Shown here piece after piece: positions 10,393-19,595 of a DNA stretch of 64,000 nucleotides (the first letter of the stretch is position 1; each line of letters opens with the position of its first letter). Under the pieces are notes generated by a model. It did no database searches and was not told the DNA's origin. It saw nothing but the letters and a program-made list of their open reading frames with translations. The DNA is from Vicinamibacterales bacterium (GTDB lineage: Bacteria; Acidobacteriota; Vicinamibacteria; Vicinamibacterales; CAVVIG01): contig JBAUGX010000118.1 in NCBI GenBank assembly GCA_049679965.1, positions 8,064 to 72,063 on the forward strand, written 5' to 3'. A program made the position numbers and the translations under genes.

Positions 10393-10539
10393 TCCCCGGG
10401 CGACTGGGGATTCGCTGATTACAAGCCTGTTTTGCCGCTTTCCTTCGAGGAACCTGTCGGATGATCCCCTGATGCGGGGATAAAAGGCACCAGTAAGCCA
10501 GAATTCCTTAGTCCTGGAGCCAGGCCGGAGGATTGGGGA

Positions 10540-11217
10540 TCAGTGCATCACGGACGAGCCGGGGAGCTTGTCCACGAGCGCGCGCCAGGCGAGCGCGGTG
10601 TCGAGATCGCTTGGAGAGAGCGTAGCGCCGCACGACATTCCGGCACCGGCTTCCTGTGCCGGAGACATCCAGACCCGATCGACGCGGCACGAGAAATTGA
10701 ACATGGGCAACCGGACGACGAACGAAGCCGGCAAGGTGTCGCGGCCGCCCATCGCCTCAATCCTCATACCTTCGTGGCTGACGTCGAGGAGGCGTGCCTC
10801 CATGTCGTTGACGAGGGCCTCGAGGACGGGCACCCGCTTGCGGGGCGACTTGCGCTTGTGAGACGCCGTGGTCAGAAGGTCCTTGACGAGAGCAAGGACA
10901 TGCCCGAGATCGGTGGGCGCGGTCAGGTAAACCGCGCTCTGATGCTCGGCCTCCAGCTGGAGCACCGGATCCCGATCGCCAATCACGATGGCAGGTGTCC
11001 CGAGGCCGCCGGCCAGGATCGCCAGGTGCAGACCGTTGTAGGGTCCAAGCTTGACTTCGGTGATCACGAGATCGGGTCGCGTTCCGAGCGTCGCTCTCGC
11101 TTCGGGGAAGCCCTTTTCCAGCACCAGGTCGTACCCCGCCGACTCAAGCCATGGAGCCACAGCGTGGGCCATCTCTTCGGAGGGCCCGACCAGAAGAATC
11201 CGCTGCTGCGACGTCAT
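10540..11217 (-). CDS. receiver-like domain (acceptor Asp replaced by Glu) fused to a C-terminal PilZ domain
   Basis: From the ATG at 11217: MTSQQRILLVGPSEE ... PDLVITEVKLGPYNGLHL. PilZ motifs RKSPRKR (RxxxR) and DVSHEGM (D/NxSxxG) are present. The Arg-rich 115 aa upstream in the track ORF look non-coding. Confidence 0.8.
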   Translation of the reverse strand: MTSQQRILLVGPSEEMAHAVAPWLESAGYDLVLEKGFPEARATLGTRPDLVITEVKLGPYNGLHLAILAGGLGTPAIVIGDRDPVLQLEAEHQSAVYLTAPTDLGHVLALVKDLLTTASHKRKSPRKRVPVLEALVNDMEARLLDVSHEGMRIEAMGGRDTLPASFVVRLPMFNFSCRVDRVWMSPAQEAGAGMSCGATLSPSDLDTALAWRALVDKLPGSSVMH

Positions 11218-11409
11218 TGGGGAGGATGGCAGAGCAAATACGCTGCCGTCCGCTATCTCACGTTTTCTTTGGACTTGTCGACGTCTCTGGGTCGCTCCCA
11301 TTGCAGAATTTACGTATCGGCCACACTTTTGTGTGGTCGCGAATGGCAGACTTCCCACCCGCCGCCCTTGGGCGAAGGTCAGAATTGCCCATGGTAGCAT
11401 TCGATCAGC

Positions 11410-12123
11410 ATGCCTTTGCGCATAGCCGTGGATCTGGACGGAGTGCTCGCCGACATGCATGGTGAGCTGGCCCGCCAAGCCGAGGCGCTCTTCGGCGAGG
11501 CCGCGACGGGCCGGCGGATCGCGCGAGCGTCTCCCTCGGCGCCGAATCCTAGGCAGCCACAACCGGACCTACCGTCACTCGAAAGGCTCCAGCTCACCTC
11601 GCGCGATCAGCGCCGGCTCTGGCGGCACGTCGAGACGATCGAGAACTTCTGGGAGACGCTCAAGGAAGCCGAGCCCGGGATGGTCCGCCAGCTCGCCGCC
11701 ATCGCGACAGACCGCAGGTGGGAAGTCATCTTCCTGACCACGCGCCCAACGAGCGCTGGCGCGACCTGTCAGATTCAAACCCAACGGTGGCTTGCGGCCC
11801 AAGGCTTCGAGCTACCGAGTGTTTACGTCGTTCGGGGATCGCGCGGTCGCATCGCGGCCGCGCTCGATCTGGACTTCGTCATCGACGACCGCCCTGAGAA
11901 CTGTCTCGATGTGGTCGTCGACTCACAGGCGAGGGCGATTCTGGTGTGGCCGGACGACGAGAAGCAGCTGCCGCTCGAGTCGCGTCGGATGGGCATCGGT
12001 GTCGTGAAGTCGTTCGAAGAGTGTCTCGATATCCTGGCCGAGATCGATACGCCCTCCGAACGTGGGGGCTTCGTCGATCGCGTGAAGCGACTGCTCGGCC
12101 TCAAAGAGCCCGCCGGCGTCTAA
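11410..12123 (+). CDS. HAD-superfamily hydrolase (5-prime(3-prime)-deoxyribonucleotidase-like)
   Basis: The N-terminal DxDxV motif is IAVDLDGVLAD, and a late Asp motif is FVIDDRPEN. Confidence 0.7.
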   Translation: MPLRIAVDLDGVLADMHGELARQAEALFGEAATGRRIARASPSAPNPRQPQPDLPSLERLQLTSRDQRRLWRHVETIENFWETLKEAEPGMVRQLAAIATDRRWEVIFLTTRPTSAGATCQIQTQRWLAAQGFELPSVYVVRGSRGRIAAALDLDFVIDDRPENCLDVVVDSQARAILVWPDDEKQLPLESRRMGIGVVKSFEECLDILAEIDTPSERGGFVDRVKRLLGLKEPAGV

Positions 12124-13097
12124 GAGCCGGGATTTGGGATTCGGGATTCGGGAGTCGAGAGAAACTGGCGGAGCTTCAGCAGGCTGTCCATATCCTGCAC
12201 GTTCAACATCTTCACCTCGCGGCTGATGTCGCGCATCAGGCCGCTCAATACCTTGCCAGGCCCGACTTCGACGAAGGTCCGGTGGCCCTCTCGAACCAGC
12301 TTGTTCATCGAGTCTACCCACCGCACTGGACGCACGATCTGCTCAATGAGCGTCTCTCGAATCCGGTCGGGCTCGGTCGCGTAGGCGTCCGCGGTGACGT
12401 TTGCGATAACGGGCAACGCAGGAGGGGCAAGGGCGCAGGTCTCGAGCGCATGGCGCATAGGTGTCTTCGCGTCGGCCATGAACCGGCTGTGCCATGGCCC
12501 ACTGACTTTGAGCGCTATGGTCAACCGTGCACCCTTCTGCTTCGCCAACTCCGCGGCTTTCTGGAGCGCGTCGGTCTGACCGGTGAGGGCGACCTGCAGC
12601 GGAGAATTGTGATTGGCCACCTCGACAGACCCGACGTCCTTCACTTCCCCGCAGATTCTCGAGACGGTCTCGATATCGAGCCCAACAACGGCGAGCATGC
12701 CGCCTGGATTTCGCGTGGCTGCCTCCTGCATCGCACTCCCTCGGACCTGAACGAGCCGCATGGTGTCGGCAAATGACAGCACGCCGGCCGCGTGCAAGGC
12801 TGCGTATTCCCCGAGGCTATGCCCAGCGGCCGCGGACGGCACGACGCCTTCCTCACGCAGCACCTGCAGGCACGCAAGATTCACCAGTGTGATCGCAGGC
12901 TGCACGTTGTCGGTCTGAACGAGCGTCGGCTCAGGTCCTTCGAAGCACAGACGCCTCAGATCCTTCTTGATGAGATCGGATGCTTCGCCGAAGAGCGTCC
13001 TGACTGACGGATACGCGTCAAAGAAGGCCTTGCCCATGCCGACGGAGTGCGAGCCCTGGCCGGGAAATAAGAAGACGATATCCGGGTGGCCGGTCAC
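12120..13097 (-). CDS. fabD: malonyl-CoA:ACP transacylase
   Basis: FLFPGQGSHSVGMG, active-site GHSLGEYAALHAAG, and QPAITLVNLA. Confidence 0.95.
   Translation of the reverse strand: MTGHPDIVFLFPGQGSHSVGMGKAFFDAYPSVRTLFGEASDLIKKDLRRLCFEGPEPTLVQTDNVQPAITLVNLACLQVLREEGVVPSAAAGHSLGEYAALHAAGVLSFADTMRLVQVRGSAMQEAATRNPGGMLAVVGLDIETVSRICGEVKDVGSVEVANHNSPLQVALTGQTDALQKAAELAKQKGARLTIALKVSGPWHSRFMADAKTPMRHALETCALAPPALPVIANVTADAYATEPDRIRETLIEQIVRPVRWVDSMNKLVREGHRTFVEVGPGKVLSGLMRDISREVKMLNVQDMDSLLKLRQFLSTPESRIPNPGS
12129..12156. repeat. 7-bp tandem array GGGATTT GGGATTC GGGATTC GGGAGTC (G-quadruplex-type motif)
   Basis: Read directly from the sequence. It lies just after the HAD stop codon and inside the last about 12 codons of the fabD ORF. 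Confidence 0.9.
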
Positions 13098-13411
13098 TTC
13101 GGCCGCCGCTTACCGGCTGCCCGTTTGCCAAATCGCGCGCGCGGATCCTCGTGCTTCCCGCCAGGCCGCCAGTCCCGGCTACGCGCGGCGACGCCGGCTG
13201 GTGGCCGGCGTGTCTGCCGGGCCTGCCAGGAGGCGCGTTCTTCTTCTCGGGATTCCCACAGCTGGCCGCGGGCGAACCACTTCATCAGCACGTCGCTGTT
13301 CTTGCGGCGCAGCTGATGAAGGGTGGGCAGGAGCTCCTCGCGCTCGTGCGCGCGGAACGCCGTCGGCTTATGGTCGATGAGGATGGTCCAGTACGCGAAG
13401 CGCGGGGGCAC
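13094..13411 (-). CDS. hypothetical protein
   Basis: 105-aa ORF with strong GC at third codon positions. It overlaps the fabD start by 4 nt. No family recognised. Confidence 0.55.
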   Translation of the reverse strand: MPPRFAYWTILIDHKPTAFRAHEREELLPTLHQLRRKNSDVLMKWFARGQLWESREEERASWQARQTRRPPAGVAARSRDWRPGGKHEDPRARFGKRAAGKRRPK

Positions 13412-13416
13412 GTCCC

Positions 13417-14199
13417 CTATTGTGGCTCCATTGCACCCTGAAACGGAATCACCTGTCCGGGCAGCACGTCCGCATCGAACGTCAGCGGTTCAAATCCTTC
13501 CTCATGGATTTCGATGCGATGCCGGCCTGGCGCGAGCGACAGCGGCTGCATGTTCGACGAGTAATCCTCCACGAGTCCCATGTACCGACCATCGACGAAG
13601 ATCTCAGCCGTCGCCGGTGCGATGTCAAAGCTCAGGCCGCCGGCCGCACCGGGCACCGGTACTGGGGCGGCGTACGCGTAGGGGTAGTAGTAGACGGGAT
13701 AGGCGACCGGATACCCAACGAACAGTCTGAAGCCCAGGTTGAACCGAGGGCGGAACGAGTAATACGGGCGGTACACCGGTCTGGGTCCTCTGGGATCGAC
13801 GATACGCGGTGCGTAATAGCGGGGCGTGTGAACGTACGCACGAGGCGGAGCGGTGCGAGGGTACGACCGAGCGAACGTGCGAGGCGCCGGGGGGCGCGGT
13901 GCGAAGGTGCGCGGTGCGACGGCGCGCGGCGCTGGCTCGCTACGCTCGAACCGCGGCGCAGTGCGCGGTACGGCGACACCCGCTCTGGGCGAGGCATCGC
14001 GTCGCGCTTCCGGCTGCCGTGACGCTTGGGTCCGACCGCCACCTCGGCCAGCACTACGATCGTTACCGTTGCCGCGGCCTCGCGAGTCGCGATCTTGAGA
14101 GCCTCGATCGCGCTCGCCGCGCTGGGCGGCAACTGCTGGTCCGGCGGCGAGCGAGAGCACGACGAGCGTGAGCGGTGCGAAGGTGCGGATGCGATTCAT
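13417..14199 (-). CDS. secreted PEGA-domain protein with an Arg/Pro-rich low-complexity region
   Basis: Signal peptide MNRIRTFAPLTLVVLSLAAGPAVAA, repetitive APRTFAPRPPAPRTFA segment, and a C-terminal PEGA-like region (IFVDGRYMG ... LAPGRHRIEIHEEGFEP). Confidence 0.75.
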   Translation of the reverse strand: MNRIRTFAPLTLVVLSLAAGPAVAAQRGERDRGSQDRDSRGRGNGNDRSAGRGGGRTQASRQPEARRDASPRAGVAVPRTAPRFERSEPAPRAVAPRTFAPRPPAPRTFARSYPRTAPPRAYVHTPRYYAPRIVDPRGPRPVYRPYYSFRPRFNLGFRLFVGYPVAYPVYYYPYAYAAPVPVPGAAGGLSFDIAPATAEIFVDGRYMGLVEDYSSNMQPLSLAPGRHRIEIHEEGFEPLTFDADVLPGQVIPFQGAMEPQ

Positions 14200-14227
14200 A
14201 AGGCCTCCCAGGTAACGCGCCCCTTCC

Positions 14228-14242
14228 GCAACTGCCCTGCCA
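14228..14242 (-). promoter_or_regulatory. candidate sigma54 promoter TGGCAG-N5-TTGC for the PEGA gene
   Basis: The reverse complement reads TGGCAGGGCAGTTGC. It is 6 nt after the stop of the NtrC-type gene and about 29 nt before the ATG at 14199. A GGGAGG RBS lies in between. Confidence 0.55.
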
Positions 14243-14248
14243 ACCCTT

Positions 14249-15703
14249 CTAGCGAGCTTCTGGCCTGTTCTTGGGTATTTCGGGAGATGGCCGGCTGTCG
14301 ATGTCCGCAGGCGAGGACATCCGTTTGAGCTTTTCGACGAGCGTTGTCCGCTTGAGATTGAGCAACCTCGCCGCCTGTTCCCTGTTCCCGCCAGTTCGCT
14401 CCAGCGACCGCGCGATAAGGTCGCGCTCGATGTCGGCGACCAGGGCGCCCAGGTCGAGACCGTTCTCCGGCAGGGGGATCGAGGAAGGCAGTGCCGGTTC
14501 CTCCGCCTGCTGCAGCTCTGATGGCAGGTCCAGCACGTCGATCTGCGGTCGCCCGGCGCTGAGCGCCATGGCCCTCTCGATCGTGTTCTCGAGCTGACGA
14601 ACGTTGCCGGGCCACGAGTAGGCCATCAGCCGGCGCATCGCCTCCTGCGACACGGTAACGGGCCCGCGCGAGCTCCCAGCAGCGGTTTCGCCAGTGCGGA
14701 ATTTGTCCAGGAAGTGCTGCACGAGGAGCGGGATATCCTCTTTCCGTCCGCGCAGCGGCGGGATTCCCACGGGAATGACGTTAAGGCGGTAGAACAAGTC
14801 CTCGCGGAACTGGCCCTCGGCGACCATGCGCCCGAGGTCGCTGTTGGTGGCCGCGATCACTCGCACATCGACCTTCGTCGTGTGTGAGTCGCCCACTTTC
14901 TCGAACTCCCGCTCCTGGAGGACCCGAAGCAGCTTTGCCTGCAACGCGGAACTCATGGTTCCGACTTCGTCGAGGAACAGGGTTCCCTTGTGTGCCTGCT
15001 CGATGCGGCCCTGACGGTTGCCGATGGCGCCCGTGAACGCCCCGCGCACATGCCCGAACAGTTCCGCCTCGAGCAGCGTTTCGGGAATGGCGCTGCAGTT
15101 GATCGCCACGAAGCGATTCATGCGGCGCGGACTGTTGTGATGAATCGCGCGCGCGACGACTTCCTTGCCAGTCCCTGTCTCGCCGGTAATAAGGATGGTG
15201 CTGCTCGTCGGCGCGACCGTCTCAAGCAGCTGAAAGAGTCGCGACATCGCCCGGCCCTTGCCCACCACGCCTTCGAATCGGTACCGCTCTTCGAGCTGCG
15301 CGCGCAGATACGCGTTCTCTGACTGCAGCCGCCGCTGCTCGAGCGCCGAATCGAGCACGTGCAGCAATTCGTCGATTTGAAACGGCTTGTTGACGAAGTC
15401 CCACGCGCCGCGCTTGATGGCTTCGACAGCGTGCTTCACCGTTCCGTAGCCGGTGACCACGATGGCGATGATGTTGGGATACCGGCCGACGGCGGCGTCG
15501 ACCACCGCCGAGCCGTCAATCCCGGGCAGTCGCAGGTCGGTGACGATAATGTCGAACGCAAAATCAGCGAGACGAGCAAGCGCGGCCTCGCCCGACTCGG
15601 CCTGCTCGACTTGATAACCCCGGTCGGCAAGTTGTTCGGCGATGGCCTGTCGCAGCGGTACCTCGTCGTCGACCAGCAGCAGATGTTTAGAGGTGTCAGG
15701 CAT
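14249..15703 (-). CDS. sigma54-dependent response regulator (NtrC family: REC + AAA+ + Fis HTH)
   Basis: LLLVDDE ... [21 protein letters not shown], canonical [17 protein letters not shown], and C-terminal [18 protein letters not shown]. Confidence 0.95.
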   Translation of the reverse strand: MPDTSKHLLLVDDEVPLRQAIAEQLADRGYQVEQAESGEAALARLADFAFDIIVTDLRLPGIDGSAVVDAAVGRYPNIIAIVVTGYGTVKHAVEAIKRGAWDFVNKPFQIDELLHVLDSALEQRRLQSENAYLRAQLEERYRFEGVVGKGRAMSRLFQLLETVAPTSSTILITGETGTGKEVVARAIHHNSPRRMNRFVAINCSAIPETLLEAELFGHVRGAFTGAIGNRQGRIEQAHKGTLFLDEVGTMSSALQAKLLRVLQEREFEKVGDSHTTKVDVRVIAATNSDLGRMVAEGQFREDLFYRLNVIPVGIPPLRGRKEDIPLLVQHFLDKFRTGETAAGSSRGPVTVSQEAMRRLMAYSWPGNVRQLENTIERAMALSAGRPQIDVLDLPSELQQAEEPALPSSIPLPENGLDLGALVADIERDLIARSLERTGGNREQAARLLNLKRTTLVEKLKRMSSPADIDSRPSPEIPKNRPEAR

Positions 15704-15732
15704 TTAGGAGGCGCCAACATATTGACACAGAA

Positions 15733-15807
15733 GGTGGGATTGGGGGTTTGGGATTTGGGATTCGACCCCCAACTCCCGAATCCCTAATCCCCAATCCCAA
15801 TCCCACC
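15733..15807. repeat. imperfect palindrome built from GGGATTY heptamers (G-rich arm, about 10-bp centre, C-rich arm)
   Basis: GGTGGGATTGGGGGTTTGGGATTTGGGATTCG, then ACCCCCAACTC, then CGAATCCCTAATCCCCAATCCCAATCCCACC, in the divergent gap between the NtrC-type gene and the HTH gene. Confidence 0.9.
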
Positions 15808-15834
15808 GATAGTGTCCCTTGGAGGGAAGCTCCT

Positions 15835-16053
15835 GTGGAACGAAAAACGATTTCGATCATGAAGGCCTGTGAGACCGTCGGCGTCAGCCGGCGCACGATC
15901 TACAACTGGCTGGCGAGTGGCAAGATTGAATACGTGCGGACCGCGGGCGGCTCCGTGCGGATTTTCGTCGATTCGCTGTGGCGAGATGCGAACGATGCCA
16001 ACCGGCCCGCCGTGCAGTCGATGTGGCAGGTGGAAGGGCCGCACCAGGTCTAA
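15835..16053 (+). CDS. excisionase/MerR-type helix-turn-helix DNA-binding protein
   Basis: ISIMKACETVGVSRRTIYNWLASGKIEYVRTAGGSVRIF matches the excisionase-family HTH pattern. The start is uncertain (GTG 15835 or ATG 15859). The upstream part of the track ORF merely translates the heptamer array. Confidence 0.7.
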   Translation: MERKTISIMKACETVGVSRRTIYNWLASGKIEYVRTAGGSVRIFVDSLWRDANDANRPAVQSMWQVEGPHQV

Positions 16054-16307
16054 TGGCCCGGCCCTTCAGCGTCGAGGATCTCCTGGCACGGAGACCTATG
16101 GACGAATCTCAGGAACTGCACGCGCTCTTTCACCGCCTGAATAATCAGCTCGGTATCATCCTCGCGCACGCGGAGTTGCTCGAAGCGAAGGTGCCCGACG
16201 CCATGAACCGCGCGCGCGCCGGCCAGGTGGTGGCCAGCGCCCTCGAAGCCATGAACACCGCGAAGGAAATCCGCCGCGTCACGAATCCTCCAGCCGAATC
16301 TCGATAG
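16053..16307 (+). CDS. small stand-alone histidine-kinase DHp-like (H-box) protein, 84 aa
   Basis: The ATG overlaps the HTH stop (TAATG). LHALFHRLNNQLGIILAHAELLEAK resembles the HxxNNxLxxIxGxxELL phospho-acceptor helix. There is no ATPase domain. Confidence 0.55.
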   Translation: MARPFSVEDLLARRPMDESQELHALFHRLNNQLGIILAHAELLEAKVPDAMNRARAGQVVASALEAMNTAKEIRRVTNPPAESR

Positions 16308-16329
16308 CCCGAAAATTGTAAGCGAGTGT

Positions 16330-16371
16330 CAAATTATTGGCCTGAGCGTTGCTCAGATCGCCAATAATTTG
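16330..16371. other. nested perfect hairpin in an AT-rich spacer (terminator or protein-binding palindrome)
   Basis: CAAATTATTGG-C-CTGAGC-GTT-GCTCAG-ATCG-CCAATAATTTG, with an 11-bp outer stem and a 6-bp inner stem. It starts 22 nt after the DHp gene stop and is not followed by a T-tract. Confidence 0.4.
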
Positions 16372-16506
16372 GCGAAATTCACGCGACTGCACCTGCAACT
16401 CCGCCTGCCGCCTCGGACTGAACCGAGCCGCTAACGTTTTTAGAATTAACGGTCTACGAGGGAACAACGGACCCGTAGGCCGGTTTTGGTGCATCGGCTG
16501 AGCTGT

Positions 16507-16521
16507 TGGTATCGCCATTGC
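16507..16521 (+). promoter_or_regulatory. candidate sigma54 promoter TGGTAT-N5-TTGC upstream of the FliA-like sigma gene
   Basis: TGGTATCGCCATTGC lies 45 nt upstream of the ATG at 16566, which is preceded by a GAGGAG RBS. Confidence 0.4.
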
Positions 16522-16565
16522 GGTGTTGCGCACCGGCAGGCAGTAAGCCTGCGAGGAGAAGCAGC

Positions 16566-17486
16566 ATGCGCGTTCAGCCCGTCGCCGCCAGTCACACCCG
16601 TCGGATCGTCGCCAGCCTGCCGTTTGTCGAAGCCCTTGCTCGACGCATGGCCGCGACGATGCCGAATTCGATCGACGTCGGCGACCTCGTTCAGGATGGC
16701 GTCCTTGGCCTGATCGACGCCGTGCGGCGGTTCGACCAGGACCGCGGCATCAAGTTCGAGACGTTTGCAGAGAGGCGCGTCCGCGGCGCCATGATCGACG
16801 CACTGCGCCGCGATGCCTGGCCCCGCGGGGTTCGGCGCCAGCGGCGCGAGCTCGATGCGGCGCGAGAAGCGCTGCGCCGCGAGCTGGGCCACGAACCGTC
16901 GATGGCCGATCTCGCCGCCCGCGTGGGCTCCGACGAGAAGCGGCTGAGCCGCACGATCGTCCGCATCAATACTATCGAGTCGACCTCGCCGCTCGCCACG
17001 GGCGAACACATGGACGAGAACTCGCTGCCGCGGGTGCTGGTGCCGTCCGAGCCGGATTCCCCGCACAAGGCTTTTGAAAAGACGGAGACGCGCACTCGCG
17101 TGCGCGCTGCCATCCTGTCGCTGCCGGTGCGGGAGCGCAAGGTGATCAGTCTCTACTACTACGGCGAAGTGACGATGAAGGATATCGGGTCCGAAATCGG
17201 CGTCAACGAATCACGCGTCTCGCAGCTGCATGCTCGTGCGATCCGGCGCCTGCGTGACGCGCTCGGCGACATGAACCCGCAGCAGGCTGCCGAGGTTCGG
17301 CGCCAACTGGTCGCCTTCGCGTCGAGGAAACCCAAGATGGTCAAGGCCCAGCTGCCGACAGCGGAAACCGTGGCCTCACCGCACGGCGTGGTACTGCCGT
17401 ACAAACCGGCGGCCAGGCGCGGCGCTATGGCCCACGCGACACTCAAGGTCGGCCGTGCCCGGCAGGCTATCGCCGCGGCAAGATAG
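16566..17486 (+). CDS. sigma-70 family RNA polymerase sigma factor, FliA/WhiG (sigma-28) type, with about 70 aa C-terminal extension
   Basis: Region 2 is DLVQDGVLGLIDAVRRFDQDRGIKFETFAERRVRGAMIDALR. Region 4 is LPVRERKVISLYYYGEVTMKDIGSEIGVNESRVSQLHARAIRRLR. I prefer the ATG at 16566 with its RBS over 16506. Confidence 0.85.
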   Translation: MRVQPVAASHTRRIVASLPFVEALARRMAATMPNSIDVGDLVQDGVLGLIDAVRRFDQDRGIKFETFAERRVRGAMIDALRRDAWPRGVRRQRRELDAAREALRRELGHEPSMADLAARVGSDEKRLSRTIVRINTIESTSPLATGEHMDENSLPRVLVPSEPDSPHKAFEKTETRTRVRAAILSLPVRERKVISLYYYGEVTMKDIGSEIGVNESRVSQLHARAIRRLRDALGDMNPQQAAEVRRQLVAFASRKPKMVKAQLPTAETVASPHGVVLPYKPAARRGAMAHATLKVGRARQAIAAAR

Positions 17487-17494
17487 GAAAAGTC

Positions 17495-19111
<1,617 letters not shown>

Positions 19112-19189
19112 TCAGAACCCTAGCAGAGGTGGCAGATACCGCTTAGCTCAGCACCCAATAATCAGAAACCCTGAAACACTTCGCGCGGC

Positions 19190-19582
19190 ATGCCTGATGC
19201 AATCCAAAACCGCATGCCGGAAACCATTACGAGCTACCGTGACCTAGTCGTGTGGCAGAAAGGGATGGACCTCGCTGAGTGTGTGTTTCACGTGACGGCG
19301 AGGTTCCCGGACTCTGAACGATTCGGTCTCTCGACTCAGATGCGAAAGGCCGCTGTCTCGATACCATCAAACGTGGCAGAGGGACATCGGCATCGTCGAG
19401 CCAGCTACGTTCATCACGTCGTAATCGCGCTTGGGTCGCACGCAGAACTCGAAACGCAGGGGTTGCTCGCGCATCGGCTTGGATTCGTGAATGCGGCGAA
19501 TCTGGAGAAGTTCATCAGGCTCTCGACGCAGGTTGGCGAGCTTGCGCACGGTCTTCTGCGGTCGCTTGAAGCCCGCCCGTGA
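19190..19582 (+). CDS. four-helix-bundle protein (23S rRNA intervening-sequence protein / Avd-like family)
   Basis: SYRDLVVWQKGMDLAECVFHVTARFPDSERFGLSTQMRKAAVSIPSNVAEGH is the family signature. GC is lower than in the flanking DNA. Confidence 0.85.
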   Translation: MPDAIQNRMPETITSYRDLVVWQKGMDLAECVFHVTARFPDSERFGLSTQMRKAAVSIPSNVAEGHRHRRASYVHHVVIALGSHAELETQGLLAHRLGFVNAANLEKFIRLSTQVGELAHGLLRSLEARP

Positions 19583-19595
19583 GCCTGCACAGCTA

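Noticed and set aside
11234-11248. CGGCAG-N5-TTGC on the minus strand upstream of the receiver-PilZ gene
   Set aside because: The -12 box is only about 17 nt from the ATG at 11217, which implies a leader of roughly 5 nt. No alternative start keeps the first beta-strand of the receiver fold.
16279-16533. 84-aa minus-strand ORF across the AT-rich spacer
   Set aside because: It overlaps the 3-prime end of the DHp gene and runs through the hairpin and the candidate promoter. It has no motif and poor codon bias.
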